DNA of 64,000 nucleotides, from positions 6,014,001-6,078,000 of the forward strand of contig CAIIXF020000001.1 of assembly GCA_903813345.2 (NCBI GenBank), in the 5' to 3' direction. Of this stretch, positions 13,844 to 27,982 are shown in pieces (the stretch's first letter is position 1; each line of letters starts with the position of its first letter). The notes beneath the pieces were generated by a model. That model did no database searches and was not told the origin of the DNA. It saw only the letters and a list, made by a program, of their open reading frames with translations. This DNA comes from Owenia fusiformis (taxonomy: Eukaryota). The translations under genes and the position numbers were made by a program.

Positions 13844-14106
13844 ATGAACTTAGGAAACTGATGTGAGATCTCATGGAAAAGTACTTTAAATGAGCCACAA
13901 TTAACAGTTTATAATGTAAACATGAGGACTTCAAGATCCGGGATCTCGTGGAGTACATTTGACAAAATTAGAGATTCTCAAGACTCATTTTGAGTGCAAG
14001 CATTCACATTTTCTAAACATCAAGACTAAAATTTGTGTAGAACAAAAAAAAGTGTCTCTAAGATGGATGAAAACATGGATGGTAGACTCAGTCGTATAAA
14101 TTGCCA

Positions 14107-14168
14107 AATAAAAGTGTGCAAATTTCACCTTTTGTACATGTACACTTTTAAATATTCTCTTGAATAAA
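14107..14168 (+). terminator. Candidate poly(A) signals for USP5
   Basis: AATAAA at 14107 and 14163, downstream of the stop codon. Confidence 0.5.
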
Positions 14169-14906
14169 TTATAGCTTTTTCTCGAAAATGCACGTTATTT
14201 AGTAATTAGGCCTATAGATGCCTGTACTCAATTATGTTCACAACTAGGAAAATTCATGGACCCAAAGTACAAACTTTGGACTTAACAGATGAAGAGATTC
14301 TCAAAGTTCACATGGTATATCACATGATCAAGTTATGTAGAATATAATCAATACTGGTATGTCAGTTTTTCTTTTGGGTTTCTTCAGTTTTTTAGGCCTA
14401 TCACAAGAACACTGGAGCTTATTATCCCACCAAACAAAGTCATTTGGGGTATAGAGAAGTCATTCCTCCCTATTCGTTTGTCTTTCCAGGTGATAACTCA
14501 ATACCTATGCCCATTAGGCATTAGCCAAGGAACTCTACTCAAAAAGGAATTTTCAGTTTGTATGTTCAATTAAAAATGGCCACCATCTTTTGTAAAAAAA
14601 ATACTATTAGGTAAATGCCAGTTGACTGACTTGGTTCAAATTTTAGATGCTGATGCATAAGGGACTTGGACATTGGACTAAGCTAAGAAAGAATTGTCAA
14701 TTCAAAATTCATGGAAAAATGTAACCTTTTTTTAATAACTTAATACCTGAGTTACAGGATTTGGTCCTGATTCTACAGGCTAAGATCATACACAGATATA
14801 ATAGGCATTTAGAATTTCTGTTCAAGAAAGATTTCCAATTTACAATGACTGCCTTTTTTGTAAAAAATTTAAATTGCTGGAGGCATGCATTTAAACTTAG
14901 GCTTCA

Positions 14907-15240
14907 TTATTTAAGAAATATAGACCGAAGAGCAGGGGTAATATTGTCAAATACACCCTGCAGGGCTAGGCACAAACATTTTCGAAAGCTTTTGTGCCTA
15001 GACCTTAAGGGGTGTATTCAACAATATTACCCCTTCCCTGAGGTCTATTTTACGATTTGAACATGAAATCTCACCAAAATGTTTCAAATATTCATTAACG
15101 TCCGCCATTACTACGACCCGCCGTTATGACGTCACACATTACACATATTATCAGGGTTATTTCTTCTTGAATATACCCCGGGTGAAATGTTGACTTTGTT
15201 TACAGTTTATAGAAGGCGTGAATACAGTTATGTTCGAATC
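14907..15240 (+). mobile_element. Unclassified interspersed repeat with subterminal hairpin
   Basis: A homologous inverted copy lies at 62661-63007; internal inverted repeat aatacaccc...ctaggcacaaa / tttgtgcctag...gggtgtatt. Confidence 0.75.
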
Positions 15241-16603
15241 CATGATATGACTCAATAATATTCCAACAGAAATGATATTTTATGATATCACTTGCATGTG
15301 GTTACCAACGCTATGTTTCACAAATCAACAAACCAAGAGATTTGACTTGATTAGTTTTATTTACATCATTAACATGATCAATTAAATTATTACATATAAT
15401 AGTACAATAGCGTGCTAACTGGTAGTTTGGGAATAATTTTGTCCACTGAACTATACATACTTCAGGCCCAAACATTATTTTAGTTCTCTCTTGAATACTC
15501 TAAGCTATATAACTTTATTTAAAAACTGATGGAAATATTTACAACAGTTTATAGTATTACGCTGTACATGTAGTTTGTAGTGATTGTCCATCTCAAGTAA
15601 ATAGCCTACATACTATCAACATATTTATATTGCAATTTGTACATAAAACAAGTATTGAAGATATAATAGACCCTTTATATAAATGCAATATATACTTTAA
15701 GTGACATTCACTCATCCACAGTATACAGGTATACAATACACATGGCATTCACATTGTCGTGTGTCTCCAGACTTATTGCAATTGAAGTAGTAATTGTTCG
15801 ACAAATAAATAATGGACCAACATGACAAAGCACTCTCATTTCTTTTAACTCAAGGAATGAGTTCTGTGACTTATGAACAGAGTTATGGGTATAGAATACC
15901 AAAGATATGAAAAAGTGTGAAAGCAATAGAATACCATTTCTTAGACTGGTACTCATACATTGGCAATGGTCAAGCTACAATACATGTACATGCATCACAA
16001 ACATGTCACCACCTGTCTTTTGTTACAGGGTCCCTGTAAATTGCAACCAGACTCCTGAGGACAACGCAACCAACTCCAATTGTTGCTACAAATAATAACT
16101 TCCATTGTAACCAATTTTAACCAATAAGAGCCAGGGTCACTCTGAGCCTGGTTGCAGTTTGCACACTTCCTTTGTTTTACACAGTGACTGCCATTTGTTA
16201 AAGATGCCGACCACCAAACACTGGCCAATAAAAGTTGGAGACGTAACAATATGTCACATAAAAACACATACATTCTGAGCTTATTTCTCACTACATGTAA
16301 TTGCATTTATACAGGTTAAGACAATACAAAGGACTAAAAACTAACATGATCTTTTAAACTTTCACCTTTGGTCTCAGAATATTGCAAAAAATAAATTATA
16401 GGTGACTGCACCTTAATGTTAATGGCAATGTAAAATTCACATATTGGGCTGTATGAGGGGCATCTCATTGGTATTTACTGACATACATTTTACAGACTCA
16501 TGATTATCTAGTCTCTTCACCCTATCACCAGAGATAATTCACCAGGTCTAATTAAGACAGTTACATCATATTGTGTTAAGTGTTAACATGGTTTTATGTA
16601 ATA

Positions 16604-18651
16604 TTATGATGCAAGCCATTGTTGAACTGCAGGTCCTACATCTTGTACTAACTGTGCAATCAACTCATACTTTTCAATAGCATCTTTAGGTACACTTGCA
16701 ATTAGTTCCTGACACATGTCTTTCAGCTTTTTATCAGGCTGCTTGCTCAGTCCATCTTGAGCATCCTTAAGACATTTGTATATGATCCGTAGCTCTTCAG
16801 TTTCGGCTGCCTGAATGATTCCTTCTCTCTCAAGCATGTCGGAGATGGTGAAGACATTCTCAAAGTCTAACATGACATCATCAATGGATGTTGCTTTGAG
16901 CTTTGTAAGAAGCCAATTGAGATTACAGAACATATGCTGTTTAACATGCGTGAGCCCTAGGACAGGAACCAGAACACGGCTATGTATGGGTAACTTGAAG
17001 AGCTTCCTCAGGTTAACTGCAGATGTAGGTTGTGGCATTGTGAAGTCTGATCCTGGCTCACAGAACATGTCAACAAAGTCTCTATGGAGTGCCAATGTGA
17101 AGTCGCAAGCCTCCTCTGTGATACTACTCTGCTCCTGGCCTGGATATAATATATTCAGTTCTCGGGAAACACCTTCCATAAAGCTATGGTGAAACCATCC
17201 ATAGACCAGCCTTCCATGCTCCATGTGCCTTATCAAGAAGGGATGCAGGTCCAGCATCACTTGGGAGAGAAATATTGAGGGCAGATGTTTCATGGGAGTG
17301 TTTCGCCCCTTTGATATTGCATTCATGACATCACTGTTGCGTGAGAGGAGATCATGTAGTTCTACTTCGCTAATCCCTTCTCCTGAAATGGTGATGTACG
17401 CCATTGTATATTTCAACACTGTAGCATCATTGCTTTTTTGCAGTCTTTTAATGAGGACCTGAATAGATTTCTGTAGAGTGGAACTGAATTCCAGATTTTC
17501 TCCACTTGATACATCAACTAGGTGATGTGTCAGTAGCTTCAGATGTAGAAGTGAGTGAGAACTCGCAGCCTCTAGCAAAGCTTCCAATTTCTCCTTCTGC
17601 ATAGTCATATTGGTGTTCTGAATCACAGAGCTCAAGATTTTCTCCTTCTCAGCCTTTGATAATGGCTGTACTTCTAAGTATGCCTTAGCTTCAGGTACCT
17701 TCTTCTTAAGTTCTTCGATGATATCAATGGACCCCATAGATGATCTTGTTGACAAAATCACTCTGACAGTTGGTGGCAGATCTGTGATAACATTTAGGAT
17801 ATTCATGGCCTGATCCATAGGGCTCAGCTGATTAATGCCATCTAATAAAATCACTAATTGTTTATTCTTCATTGCCTCATCTCCATAGCCTAGATGATTA
17901 ATGAGCTTCTTCAAGTAATCAGCCATACTCTGAAAACTTGTTGTGTCCACTGTGATTCCAGGGAAGGGGATGGGAATGTTGAAAGCCACGTGTATTTGTG
18001 TACACAGACTCTTCAATAAGTTGATAACGATTGAGCTGTCTGAGGTTAGCCCTATGAAGCGTAGTAAAGTGACAGTTCTTTCCTCTCCTAGATGAGTGGG
18101 AACAAGCTGAGAGAGTTTTGCCATCAGAAATGACTTTCCAATCTCTGGCAGACCATGAATGATGAGAGGATGTTTTTCTTTACTGTTTAGGTAAATCTTA
18201 ACTTGTGCTATGATTTCAGCCTGCTGGTAGAAGCTTTCACACATCACCTTGGCAATGCTAGTATGCTGGAGCACCTCCATGTAAATTGGGCTAGTCATCT
18301 GACCAGCAATTTTCATCACACTTGACTGGATTGCAGTGGTAAAATCTGACAAAACATCTTGCTGTATCTTCTCTAAATATTTCTCATGATCTTTATCTTT
18401 GATAGAGATGCCATTTTTGCTATATGGTACAGTATATCTCCAGACCTTCGAAGTGTTGCTATTCTTCACATATTGACGAAGATCATCCATGTTCTTTTGC
18501 TGAATTTTTGTTGTATTCTGATCAGTGCTTACATCTAGCAAATCTGGGTTTTGCTCCTTATTATCAGTATCTTTGAAGTGGCGCTGGTATACATAGCAGC
18601 CTGGTGTATTGCTGTGGAGGGGTAGGGCCATGTGAATTTCATTCTGAAGCT
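16604..18651 (-). CDS. NWD1/NWD2-like STAND protein, last exon (NACHT + winged-helix region; stop codon with no WD40 repeats)
   Basis: 2048-nt exon; Walker A HGLPEIGKS; LRFIGLTSDSS; Walker B LVILLDGINQL; GISEVELHDLLS; WFHHSF; FCNLNWLLTKLKA. All are NWD-family motifs. Confidence 0.9.
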
Positions 18652-18859
18652 CTGAAATCATTGTTAAATCATATTGTGAAATACAATGTATGAAAAGCAA
18701 TTATTGAGCCACATTCTCTATAATTGTGGTTTTATTGTAGTCTTTAACTTAAATGCTGAATACATAATGCCTCTGGAAGCACTGAAAGCATGTTTCTAAA
18801 CTTTATTTAGATAAGCAGAAAATTGGAAAGCAGTTTGGTTATAGGATATCTGCTTGTAC

Positions 18860-18935
18860 CTGATGAGAGGTTGTGAGCCCCTATCTCTTGAAATGTGTCA
18901 TATAGTTTCTGTAGCTGTTCCTCGGTAAGGTTTTC
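18860..18935 (-). CDS. NWD-like gene exon
   Basis: ttttcag|ENLTEEQLQKLYDTFQEIGAHNLSS|gtacaa; phases 0/1 fit the neighbouring exons. Confidence 0.75.
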
Positions 18936-19505
18936 CTGAAAATATTACAAGATTACTGCTATAGCAACTGCTATATTGTTTATGAAATCTATATATTTTC
19001 ATGTATTCTGGTATTCAGATGATCAATCACAATATTTTTTGCAATGGTTGCAATGCATGGAATGTGGAGCTGGTTACAATACATTCTTTCATAATGCATG
19101 TTGTTTAAACCTTGCCTTTGAATATGAGATAACAATACTGATATTACATATGTACATGTACACATTAAGCAATCATGCCAAGTCAGTACTCTCGTCATAT
19201 TGTCTGTGGATTAAGTTCTTCATTTTCTGCAGGGACACTGCATCTTCTGTGATCTCCTTCAACATGTTCAATGTCATACTGTGTTTTACTCAATTTTGAG
19301 CATGGGACAAGAACCAATCATATTAATTGTTTATGCAAAGTTGCCATGCTTACATTGAAAGGTCTGCCCGCCACATAGGTATGTTGAACATGTTGAAGCG
19401 CTAGCACTGCTAGGGATATTTTTAATTGTTATATTCTAATACAACCTCACTGACACAGAAATTAAAAATTATTACTCTTACATACTGTTTACAACTTTGT
19501 ATTAC

Positions 19506-19670
19506 CTTGAGTGTGTATGTTCCCATACCAGATGAACTCCCTTCATCATGTATGTAGCACTGGAGAACTGTGTCTCTCTTCTCAAACTGGCCTGTCTTCA
19601 TCTTGACATATTGGGACTCTGAAAACTGGTAGGGAACTTGCCATGATCCATATTTGTCACCAAGTAGCAC
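19506..19670 (-). CDS. NWD-like gene exon
   Basis: gttgcag|VLLGDKYGSWQVP...YTLK|gtaata; LLGxKYG motif of the DUF4062 region. Confidence 0.88.
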
Positions 19671-19682
19671 CTGCAACAAATC

Positions 19683-19862
19683 AACTAACCCTCAGTTCTA
19701 ATTCTTTTCTATGTGGAAATATCCCTGAAAATTTCAGATGAATCCCTGGAACCGTTTGGCTTGAAACCTGTAGACAAGATTTATTGAGACGCCCACCCGA
19801 CCGACCGACTGACCACCCACCCGCCACACTGATCACAATATAGCACCCAAGGGTGCGATAAA
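19683..19862 (+). mobile_element. Short HINE/pearl-like element
   Basis: (CCGA)n microsatellite and terminal hairpin gcacccaagggtgc. Confidence 0.45.
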
Positions 19863-20066
19863 AGGTCAAATTCTAACTTACTTCAAATTGAAGAACTCTT
19901 TTCTTAAACATCATCTACACATTGCTAAAGCGTTCAAATCTGAGATATGACCTTTAATGGCCATCAAAAGGTATCAGTTTGAAATCAGTTTTTGGATTAA
20001 AATTGAAGTCAACTGGATCAGAAAATATGTAATATTCGTCTGAAAGAGTAAAATTTTCAAGGTCAA

Positions 20067-20374
20067 CAGGGGCGGATCTGGGAAATCAGAAGGGGGGGGG
20101 GCAAATTTCAGGTCAGAGAAAAAAACAAAAAACATTTTGGGCCCCTAAAACACAAAAGTGGGCCCAAATTTTGAAATTTTGAGGCCCATTTTCTTTAAAA
20201 TTTGGCCTGAATTTAAAAAATAAGGCCTTAAAAGGCCCAGAAATGACCAAAAAGGCTGACTTTTTGGGGCCTTAAGGCCTTTTTTGGCCCAAAATCTTTT
20301 TTGGGCCCAATTTTTTTTTCTGGGCCCATCCAAGGGGGGGGGGCCCGGGCCCCCCCCCCCCTAATCCGCCAGTG
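20067..20374. mobile_element. GGGCCC-rich MITE with 5-bp TSD
   Basis: caggggcggat ... atccgccagtg; GTCAA at 20062-20066 and 20375-20379; a relative lies at 61964-62226. Confidence 0.75.
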
Positions 20375-20802
20375 GTCAATGTCATCAAACTAGGTCACAA
20401 ACTGTGTATTATTTTTGACTTAGTAAGTATACATTCTTCGCAGCTTCTATAAATATTAGTTATTGATTATCTGTTCTGAGAAAACACAAAGGGCATTATT
20501 AGAAAACGAAAATTGAAATTAACTTCACCAATATGTATTATTCTTTCAATAGAAAGTTAGTAAATTGTCTATTTCCTTTTCAGCTACCACAAGAGAATTT
20601 TAATTATTAGTTTATCGTGAAAGGTTTATGATGGATCAATATTGTCACACCACTACAATTACTTACAATCTTATTTCACCTTATAAATAATCAATAAATC
20701 TCATGATTATTAATTAAAGAGATAGATGCAGTTCAATTTTTCAGCTGATCTGTTATATTATTTCAATGGGATCGAAATGTAACAATCAGGCTTGTATTAT
20801 GC

Positions 20803-21301
20803 CTTACACCCCAGTCACATTTGTCGCACGGCGGCCGCAAGTCGACCGCAGAACAATTAAATCGGTGAATTTCTGCGGCGAGCGTAGAAAAACTACGCTC
20901 GCCTTGCGGCATCCATACGGCGTATCCAGTTTTTTACAGGCCGCAGGGTCGGCGTAGAAATTATAAATCGGGGTTATAATATTTGTTCATTTCTGAGGTC
21001 CCCGTAGAAATCAACTGGCTCAACAAGATTGAATCATTATTTGTCAATGTTTCACGATCACTTTTCATTTGATATTACATCCTAGCACTATGAATAACAT
21101 TTATAAATTGTCCTGATGTAAATAAAATGAAAAAAAGTATTATTTATCAACAGAAATTTAAAATTCGCCGTGCGGTTGCCATGGGAAATGTGACTGCAAA
21201 AGTATGAGAGGGCAGAAATTCCACGGCGAGCGTAGAAATGTTACTGGCCGCAGAAATGATAGGCCGCACGGCGGCCGCAGGAAATGTGACTGGGGTGTAA
21301 G
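20803..21301. mobile_element. MITE with ~20-bp TIRs
   Basis: cttacaccccagtcacattt ... aaatgtgactggggtgtaag; GC-rich subterminal repeats (cggcgagcgtagaaa, gcacggcggccgca). Confidence 0.8.
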
Positions 21302-23533
21302 TCCCATTTGCTGTGAATTCCAATCAAGCATCTGGTCAATTGAGTATTTTGTTCAAAAGTGAAGCTGCTACTGCCCTGCCCTCTATTGTAGAAAAAGGTA
21401 AACACTAGCATTGTATCCTTGACTCAGAAACCTTCAATTATATTGATTTTCAGAAATGGCTGACGAATGCATCAACAAACAACATCACTCTACTATACCT
21501 AACACCTAGAAATGCATAAGATACTTTGTCTAATTGTATTGTTTAGTATATTGTTGAAAGTTCCTTAGTAACACCTAACATTCAACCGATAAACCATTAA
21601 TAAGGAACAGATAAATAAAAACAAATACATAATCATTACTAATAAGCCAAATGGGTTGCTCATGAACACCAAATGCAAGGTATAGTAGAGTGACATTCCT
21701 TGGCACTATAATTTATTTTGTGATAGTGACATGGAAGTGAACAGGAGAAAAATAGAAAGTTAGAAAAGTACAATTACATTCATGAGTGTTTAGGGCATGT
21801 TAACTAAATCCTGGAAGGTATTGACAGTCGCATTCTTTAGCTAAATCTTACATCTACATGTGGTATTCAGAAACTAGATGTTGGAAACTTGGACAAATAA
21901 AGGTGATGAGCAAGATGGGTAATTATGTGTCATCTCTGAAATCTGAGGTTTTCCTTCCTCTTAGCAGAGATGATAATGCCTATCTGGTATCAGGGCAATA
22001 AAATTTTCATACATATATTTGTCAACTTGTATTTGAGTTATTGCCCAAATAGAATAATGGGAGAAAGATCAAATTGATGGACAGATAAACAGTTTCTCTA
22101 TATCTCTACACTACTCAAAGTTTGTTCAGTGGGAAAACAGATGTGATGAATATAACAATTAAATGGGACAAATCCTGAACAAACGCAATGATTTACCTCC
22201 CTAGTTTAAAAATCATTTGAAGTTCCATTTACACCTTCCCCATAGTTGAAAGCCCATGCCTTCCCCATAGTTGAAAGCCCATGCCTTCGCCAACCCATCA
22301 AGCTGATTGTTAAGAGGGAAGCCCTGTAGAATGCCAAGTATTGATTTCAAGTCAGCAATATATTGATTCCTTCATAATACCATATTGGATCAATTTATAC
22401 TCTTGTATTGCAGAAGTACTTAATGTTCAATGTATCATTATGAAATCTACACTCAAGAGTAAATAAAACAATAATTCTGCATGAATCGAAGTAATCTTTC
22501 TTGTTGTAATTGACTATTGACAGCTTACTTCCTAACACGTAAACTAAAAGTTCTTCAACTTGTACAGTTGCTATGGACTTGTACAGTTGCTATGAACTAA
22601 CAACTTAAAAATATAATGGTCTAGTCTAAAATACAAATGAATTTCCCTGCAATTTATTTTACATGGTGCCATACAGGGGACGTGTAATGAAAAACCAGAC
22701 AATTATGAATTCAATTGCTAAGCAAATAATGTTAAATTGCAATACTCAAAAAACATCTAGGTTTACACTATATTTCTGGCCACTCATCTATAATTGACTT
22801 TTTTGAAAACAAGTTCAGTATAATTTATACGGATTGTATTTTCACTGGGTTTGGAATTTTCCTTTGATTGCCATCTTGATTTTCTACACATTTTGATTTT
22901 GACATTTGAATTCTATAATACACGTACAATTAGAGATAAATAAACAGAACTTTTTGACTGGCCCAAGTATGTTAATAATATAAAAATGGATCCCCTTCAT
23001 CATAATTGCTGCAATCATGAAAGTTGTTTTCTCACGCAATTTTTTGCATGCTAAGCTTGCTGTACGAAAGAAAACTATTTTTCAAATTTTTGATGTCATA
23101 TTATTGGAAATGAAATACCACAAAAAGCAAAACATGATAAGTTGCATGTGGTTTCATAATTTCAAACCAAACATCAAAGCATTCTGCTACATGTAGACAC
23201 TGGAAGCACATATTCCTTCGCAAAATTGTACCTTTATTGGAATGCGTTCCTAAATAATTTATACTTGAGGTGAAAATTTAATATGTCTTCTTTTTCTTAT
23301 TGGTAATTTTTGTTAACTAATTTTAACTAAAATACGAATTCTATGCTTTAATAATATTCTAAATTGGTTTTTCTTCAGGATAATACTAATTCATTGAAGA
23401 TATGATCAAAAAGGAGAAGATGTAGCAATGCTCATTTTGAAGTTTTCATGTTTATAACCCTTACAGAGTAGCATAAACTCTTCTCTTGAAATCCCATACA
23501 AGTATTTTCAGAGTTGATCAGTGCAAAACTTAC

Positions 23534-23718
23534 CATGACAAATGGACCAATAGAGAGAGATCTACATTGCTGTATCTCATGTCGTCCAAGATCAGCGGAG
23601 TATAAGTCACTATCTTCTCTTAGGTCAACAACATTCAACTCGAGGCCATGCTTAGCGCATACATGACGTAGTTGAGGGAACACTTTGTCTTGGAGCATGG
23701 CCCTCTCAGCTTCAAAAT
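23534..23718 (-). CDS. NWD-like gene exon (DUF4062/TIR-like)
   Basis: atttcag|DFEAERAMLQDKVFPQLRHVCAKHGLELNVVDLR...EIQQCRSLSIGPFVM|gtaagt. Confidence 0.9.
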
Positions 23719-23749
23719 CTGAAATAAAGCGTACAGAAGAATAAGAAAT

Positions 23750-24310
23750 CAGCAACTCCATGGAGTAGCAAATCCCAACAAATACTATATTCATGAATCT
23801 GTAAATGTCACAATTGTAATGGTTAAACTGGTAGACATTAAAAGACATACTATATAGATTTTCCATTGATTTAAAGCATTTGGCAGTCATTTTAATTTTT
23901 CTCAGGAGGTATGAATTAAATCTGAATCAGAAAAACAATACTATAATTGTGGTCTACTAAAATTCCTTCAAATTAAGTATAGCCAAACTTTGAAGAGATC
24001 AGAAAATTATTGTGTAATCCCACATAAGGCCATTTTGAATTTACGAGGGTCAAATTAGAAAAACCATATAATATTTGCATTTTAAGGAAAATCCTTGATC
24101 CCCCATACACAGCCCTTGGGGGTCAGGCTGACAAACACGGAATAGATGTGAAAAAGATGTTGTGAATATACTTCCAAAATTTCAAACAATAATATGTTTA
24201 ACTTTGGTTTAAAATGGTAAACTTAAAACTTAAATTCCGCCGTGGTGGCCATCTTAAAAAATTATTTTGCGTAAAAATATTCACCAATATAGCTCTTTCC
24301 AGTACTAGTA
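23750..24310 (+). mobile_element. HINE/pearl-like element, copy of the family at 28280-29013
   Basis: Shared gcaactc.a.ggagtagcaaatcccaac start and shared internal subrepeats. Confidence 0.7.
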
Positions 24311-24492
24311 TTCGAGTAATCTTCCGGTCAGACAGAGGGACATTTTGCCAAATAATAGAGCATGCCATAAGAGTTCAAGTTCAATTATAATTCATCTCCA
24401 GTACTACTTGTCAGTGTGTAAGCAGATTAGATAGAAATACAATTTAACATTATCCAATTCTTAGTGGTGACATAAAAATAAACAAAAATTAC

Positions 24493-24674
24493 CTGTTCCC
24501 CCAGTTGACAAATATATGCGAACCACGTTACTCGGGGTGTTTGGAATGGAACTGTCAAGGTTTCCCCTGTAAACATTTTGCGCATGATCCTGGCCTTGAA
24601 CTTTCTCATTCCCTATCTGTGGTAACACCTTCTGATTTGGTGCAAACTCAACCTTGTTCATCACCTTTGGCAAC
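24493..24674 (-). CDS. NWD-like gene exon (start of DUF4062-like domain)
   Basis: ttctag|...NVYRGNLDSSIPNTPSNVVRIYLSTGGT|gtaatt; matches the NWD 'G.L..P...VRIFxSS' motif. Confidence 0.88.
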
Positions 24675-26621
24675 CTAGAAATATACATACAGCACATGAT
24701 TATGTGTTATACAATTATTTCTTGATTCACACTTACTTTAGTATCACAATTCAGTATGTTTTCCGTGAAATCTGCCACCAACTGAGCACCAACTGCAGAT
24801 TTATCAAAATATAATCATTAAAACTAAAACAATTTATTACACTCTGAGAAGAATCTGTCTGTCTACAGTCCAAGTCTGAGTCATCATTCCTCTGTTTTCT
24901 CCAGGTAAGTATGAAATAACTTATGTAATACACAGGTGTGTTACTATAAAGCTGTATACTGATACGCCTTTCACAAGTCTTAAAGTCTCCAATGTATTAA
25001 GTAGAATATTATGGCAAATTAATTGCTTCAGTTGCGCATTTACGTCTTACTCCTCCAGCTAACTTCACATTATAAATTACTTCTTTAATAATACTCCATA
25101 TTCACTCAATCGATAAATTCTTAATGATTAAAGAATATAGCAATTAGTGACCTCTGTAAAATGAATAATAAATGACACTGAGAGTTTACACAATATGTTA
25201 TTAAATATGCTTGTCAAATATATAAGTGATGGTGTGAATACTCCACAAATGGCAATAAAGAAATCACATCAAGGGAAATCAGATTATAATTCATTGGTAA
25301 TTAATAATATATGGTTGTATAATTGGAGAAAATATAATTGTGTTTGCATGGCACTGGAGATCAAATGTTTTCATTAATTCTAAGTGCACTTGTAAGTCAA
25401 TCCCAATGCAGTTTTAATGTAAAGGAGCATATAGGATTTCCAAAGGATTATTTAAAGTGACAATTCAATATAGATTGCATAACAGGGGAATAATTTAGAT
25501 TACAAGTACAACTTAATGCGCTTTCAGAGCATTTTCATTTATTGAATTTCATCTCAATACATCGCCTTTCAAGGATGCCTGGACTGTAAGCTCAGTATAA
25601 TATCTTGAAATCCTGGCACAAGTAAATATCTCTTTTACTGACAGTATCATTGTAGGTTCGATCCCCACTGGGGTGGACTGGCTTTTTCACATCAGCCCTT
25701 AGCACAGGATTTCATTTTGTGTTTTCTTTAACTTTAACTAAAAACTAGCTACAAATTATACAAATATATTCATGCACTATCTAGAAAATGGCAACTCCAA
25801 GGAGAAAAATCCTAATGAACAAATTATATTATGGATACTGCACTCCTGGTATTTTTTCCGTGTGCTTTGGTAAAATCACATTACCACAATCGCAAAAATA
25901 ATTTTTGCAACAATGTCAATTAAATCCTTCTAGGGATTTGCTAATTTTGCTTACACCAAAAAGCAAGAAATATATGTAAAATTGATGCAATTTCTGGCTT
26001 AAGTGCAAAAATTTCAAACATAAATATATATTACTTTGGAAGAAAAAAACTAGATAATCTAGAAAAATTCCAAATAAGGTGACCATTTTTGATTTTACGA
26101 GGCTTGAATCAGAAAACTGATAAACATTTGGAATCACCAAAGTCATACTTCGGAGAGATTTAAAAATTAATTAAAAAATTCTTCTTTCTCAATCCCAATG
26201 GATGGATGGATTTAAACATTAAATAGGATGCATTGCTCATTTATCCAGTAGGCTGCCATCTTTTAAGATTTCACATAGCATTTCATTGACAGACATAGAC
26301 ATCTATTAACAGATAGGAAAAGAAAATAGCACAATACCACCTATAGACAATTGGTTCTTAGTTTCTGTACAAAAACGTTTCAGGGCTTGTCAACTTAAAA
26401 TATACGAGAATATCTATCCTTCAAAACACAGACATACTTTTGATCTATCCCTACATAAGAAAGGCGTTTAAGGTATAATTGTGTTCTACGCCTGCTATAC
26501 CTGTCTGCTATGCTTATATGTCCAGTCCGTTTCAGTAAACTATTTCATCAAAAATTAAATTTTTCTCGATCTCCAGCAGACTTGATTTGAGATTTTTTAT
26601 CTGACTGATTTGTGAACTTAC

Positions 26622-26781
26622 TTCATTGTAGCATCAAATTTAGAGTTTGGTGCTGAGCGTACATGACTGGATCTATTCAAAGGCTGTAAAGATCCTGGAA
26701 GGGCTGTGTGCCTAATCCCTCTCTGCCCTGCCTTGTGCAGTTGTCGCATGGCATACATCTCAGGGGCAGTATAGGCACAAT
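26622..26781 (-). CDS. NWD-like gene exon
   Basis: tttgcag|DCAYTAPEMYAMRQL...FDATMK|gtaagt; phase-compatible. Confidence 0.75.
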
Positions 26782-27169
26782 CTGCAAACAAATAAATAAA
26801 TATGTATTCAGCATTCAAAGAATTATTTGGTAATTTCACATTAATTAGATGTACATTGTATATACATGTACAGCAGATAATTGTTATTTGGCATTTTACA
26901 GTTAGTTACACATTCTCAGTATATAAGACATAATTATCTATCAGTCTATATAAAATAAAAATGTCAATTAAAGTGCCAGACAAGTCTGACCCAATCTTCC
27001 TTTTAAAGAGTATATCAGTTTAAAAAAATAAATGCTCATGTATGTATGTACTTGAAATATTTCTATAAAATGAAGCCCAAAGTATAAATGTGAATTTCTA
27101 GAACATTAGAATGCATAAAAAAGTCCACAAAAAGTTCATAAGTGTTAATAAATGTCTAAATATCAGCAT

Positions 27170-27910
27170 AAGTCTAGTAATTCCTCTTCTCCAAAGTTCA
27201 TCACTCATTCCTCATTCCCTACTGGTTGGCAAGAGCGCCATCGCTTCACTGGCTTCTTCTTAGTCTTACGCCAAACCTCTTTCTCTTTGGAAAATGTTTG
27301 ACTTATCTCCTCTGCTTAGGCCCTCCTCTTTGCTATTTTTTTTTATATACAATCTGATTTTTTATTTTATTTTGGCTCGCCTTCTGGCATTTTTCGCTTT
27401 TTGTTATTCCTTGACTGATGCATATTTCCTAGGAGACTCAACTGGTATTTCAAGAGACATGAGGGGACAGGTCTAAATGATGGGGAGTCTGTTGAAGTTT
27501 GGACATTATGGTCAATGGTTGGAGCATGACAAACATCAGTTCAGGGACTGTGATCGATTACCTACCAAACAGCAGTTCAGCTGATGTGAACTTACTTTCA
27601 TGGACCAAGTTAGGGATGGGAGCAGCGACTAATATCCATCCCAGTCTCTGTGGTGCTTATCTCCTAGTTTGGAAAGGATATTCTAAATGGTCCTGTTCTT
27701 TCTTTCAAGCATACCATCACTTTCGGGCATATATGGACAGGTTCTAGTCTTATCGATATTAAGTGACTTGCTGATTTCTTGGAATAGATGACTCTCAAAT
27801 TGTGACCCTTGGTCGCTGTGAAGTCGTAGGGAGCACCATACATGTATCTGCATATGAACCCACGAAGTACTATATCAGCTACTGTCCTGGGCTCCATATT
27901 TGGCATTGAA
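27170..27910 (-). pseudogene. Degenerate Ty3/Gypsy integrase fragment (intronic)
   Basis: With frameshifts it reads PNMEPRTVADIVLRGFICRY..LHSDQGSQFESHLFQEISKSLNIDKTRTCPYMPESDGMLERKNRTI*NILSK..RDWD..ELLFGR, an rve core with stop codons. Confidence 0.85.
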
Positions 27911-27982
27911 ATAATTTTTTGAAATTTTTTTAACTTTCAAACTGATTGTTCAATTTATAGTGATTTCAAATACTTGTCCTAC

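Noticed and set aside
16815-17462. Plus-strand ORFs of 125 and 79 aa
   Set aside because: Antisense shadows of the NACHT exon.
19190-19280. Possible extra exon of the NWD-like gene
   Set aside because: The phase-0 frame hits TGA, and the flanking exons already join in phase without it.
25650-25715. tRNA-like GGTTCGATCCCC B-box
   Set aside because: No full cloverleaf; at most a degraded SINE head.
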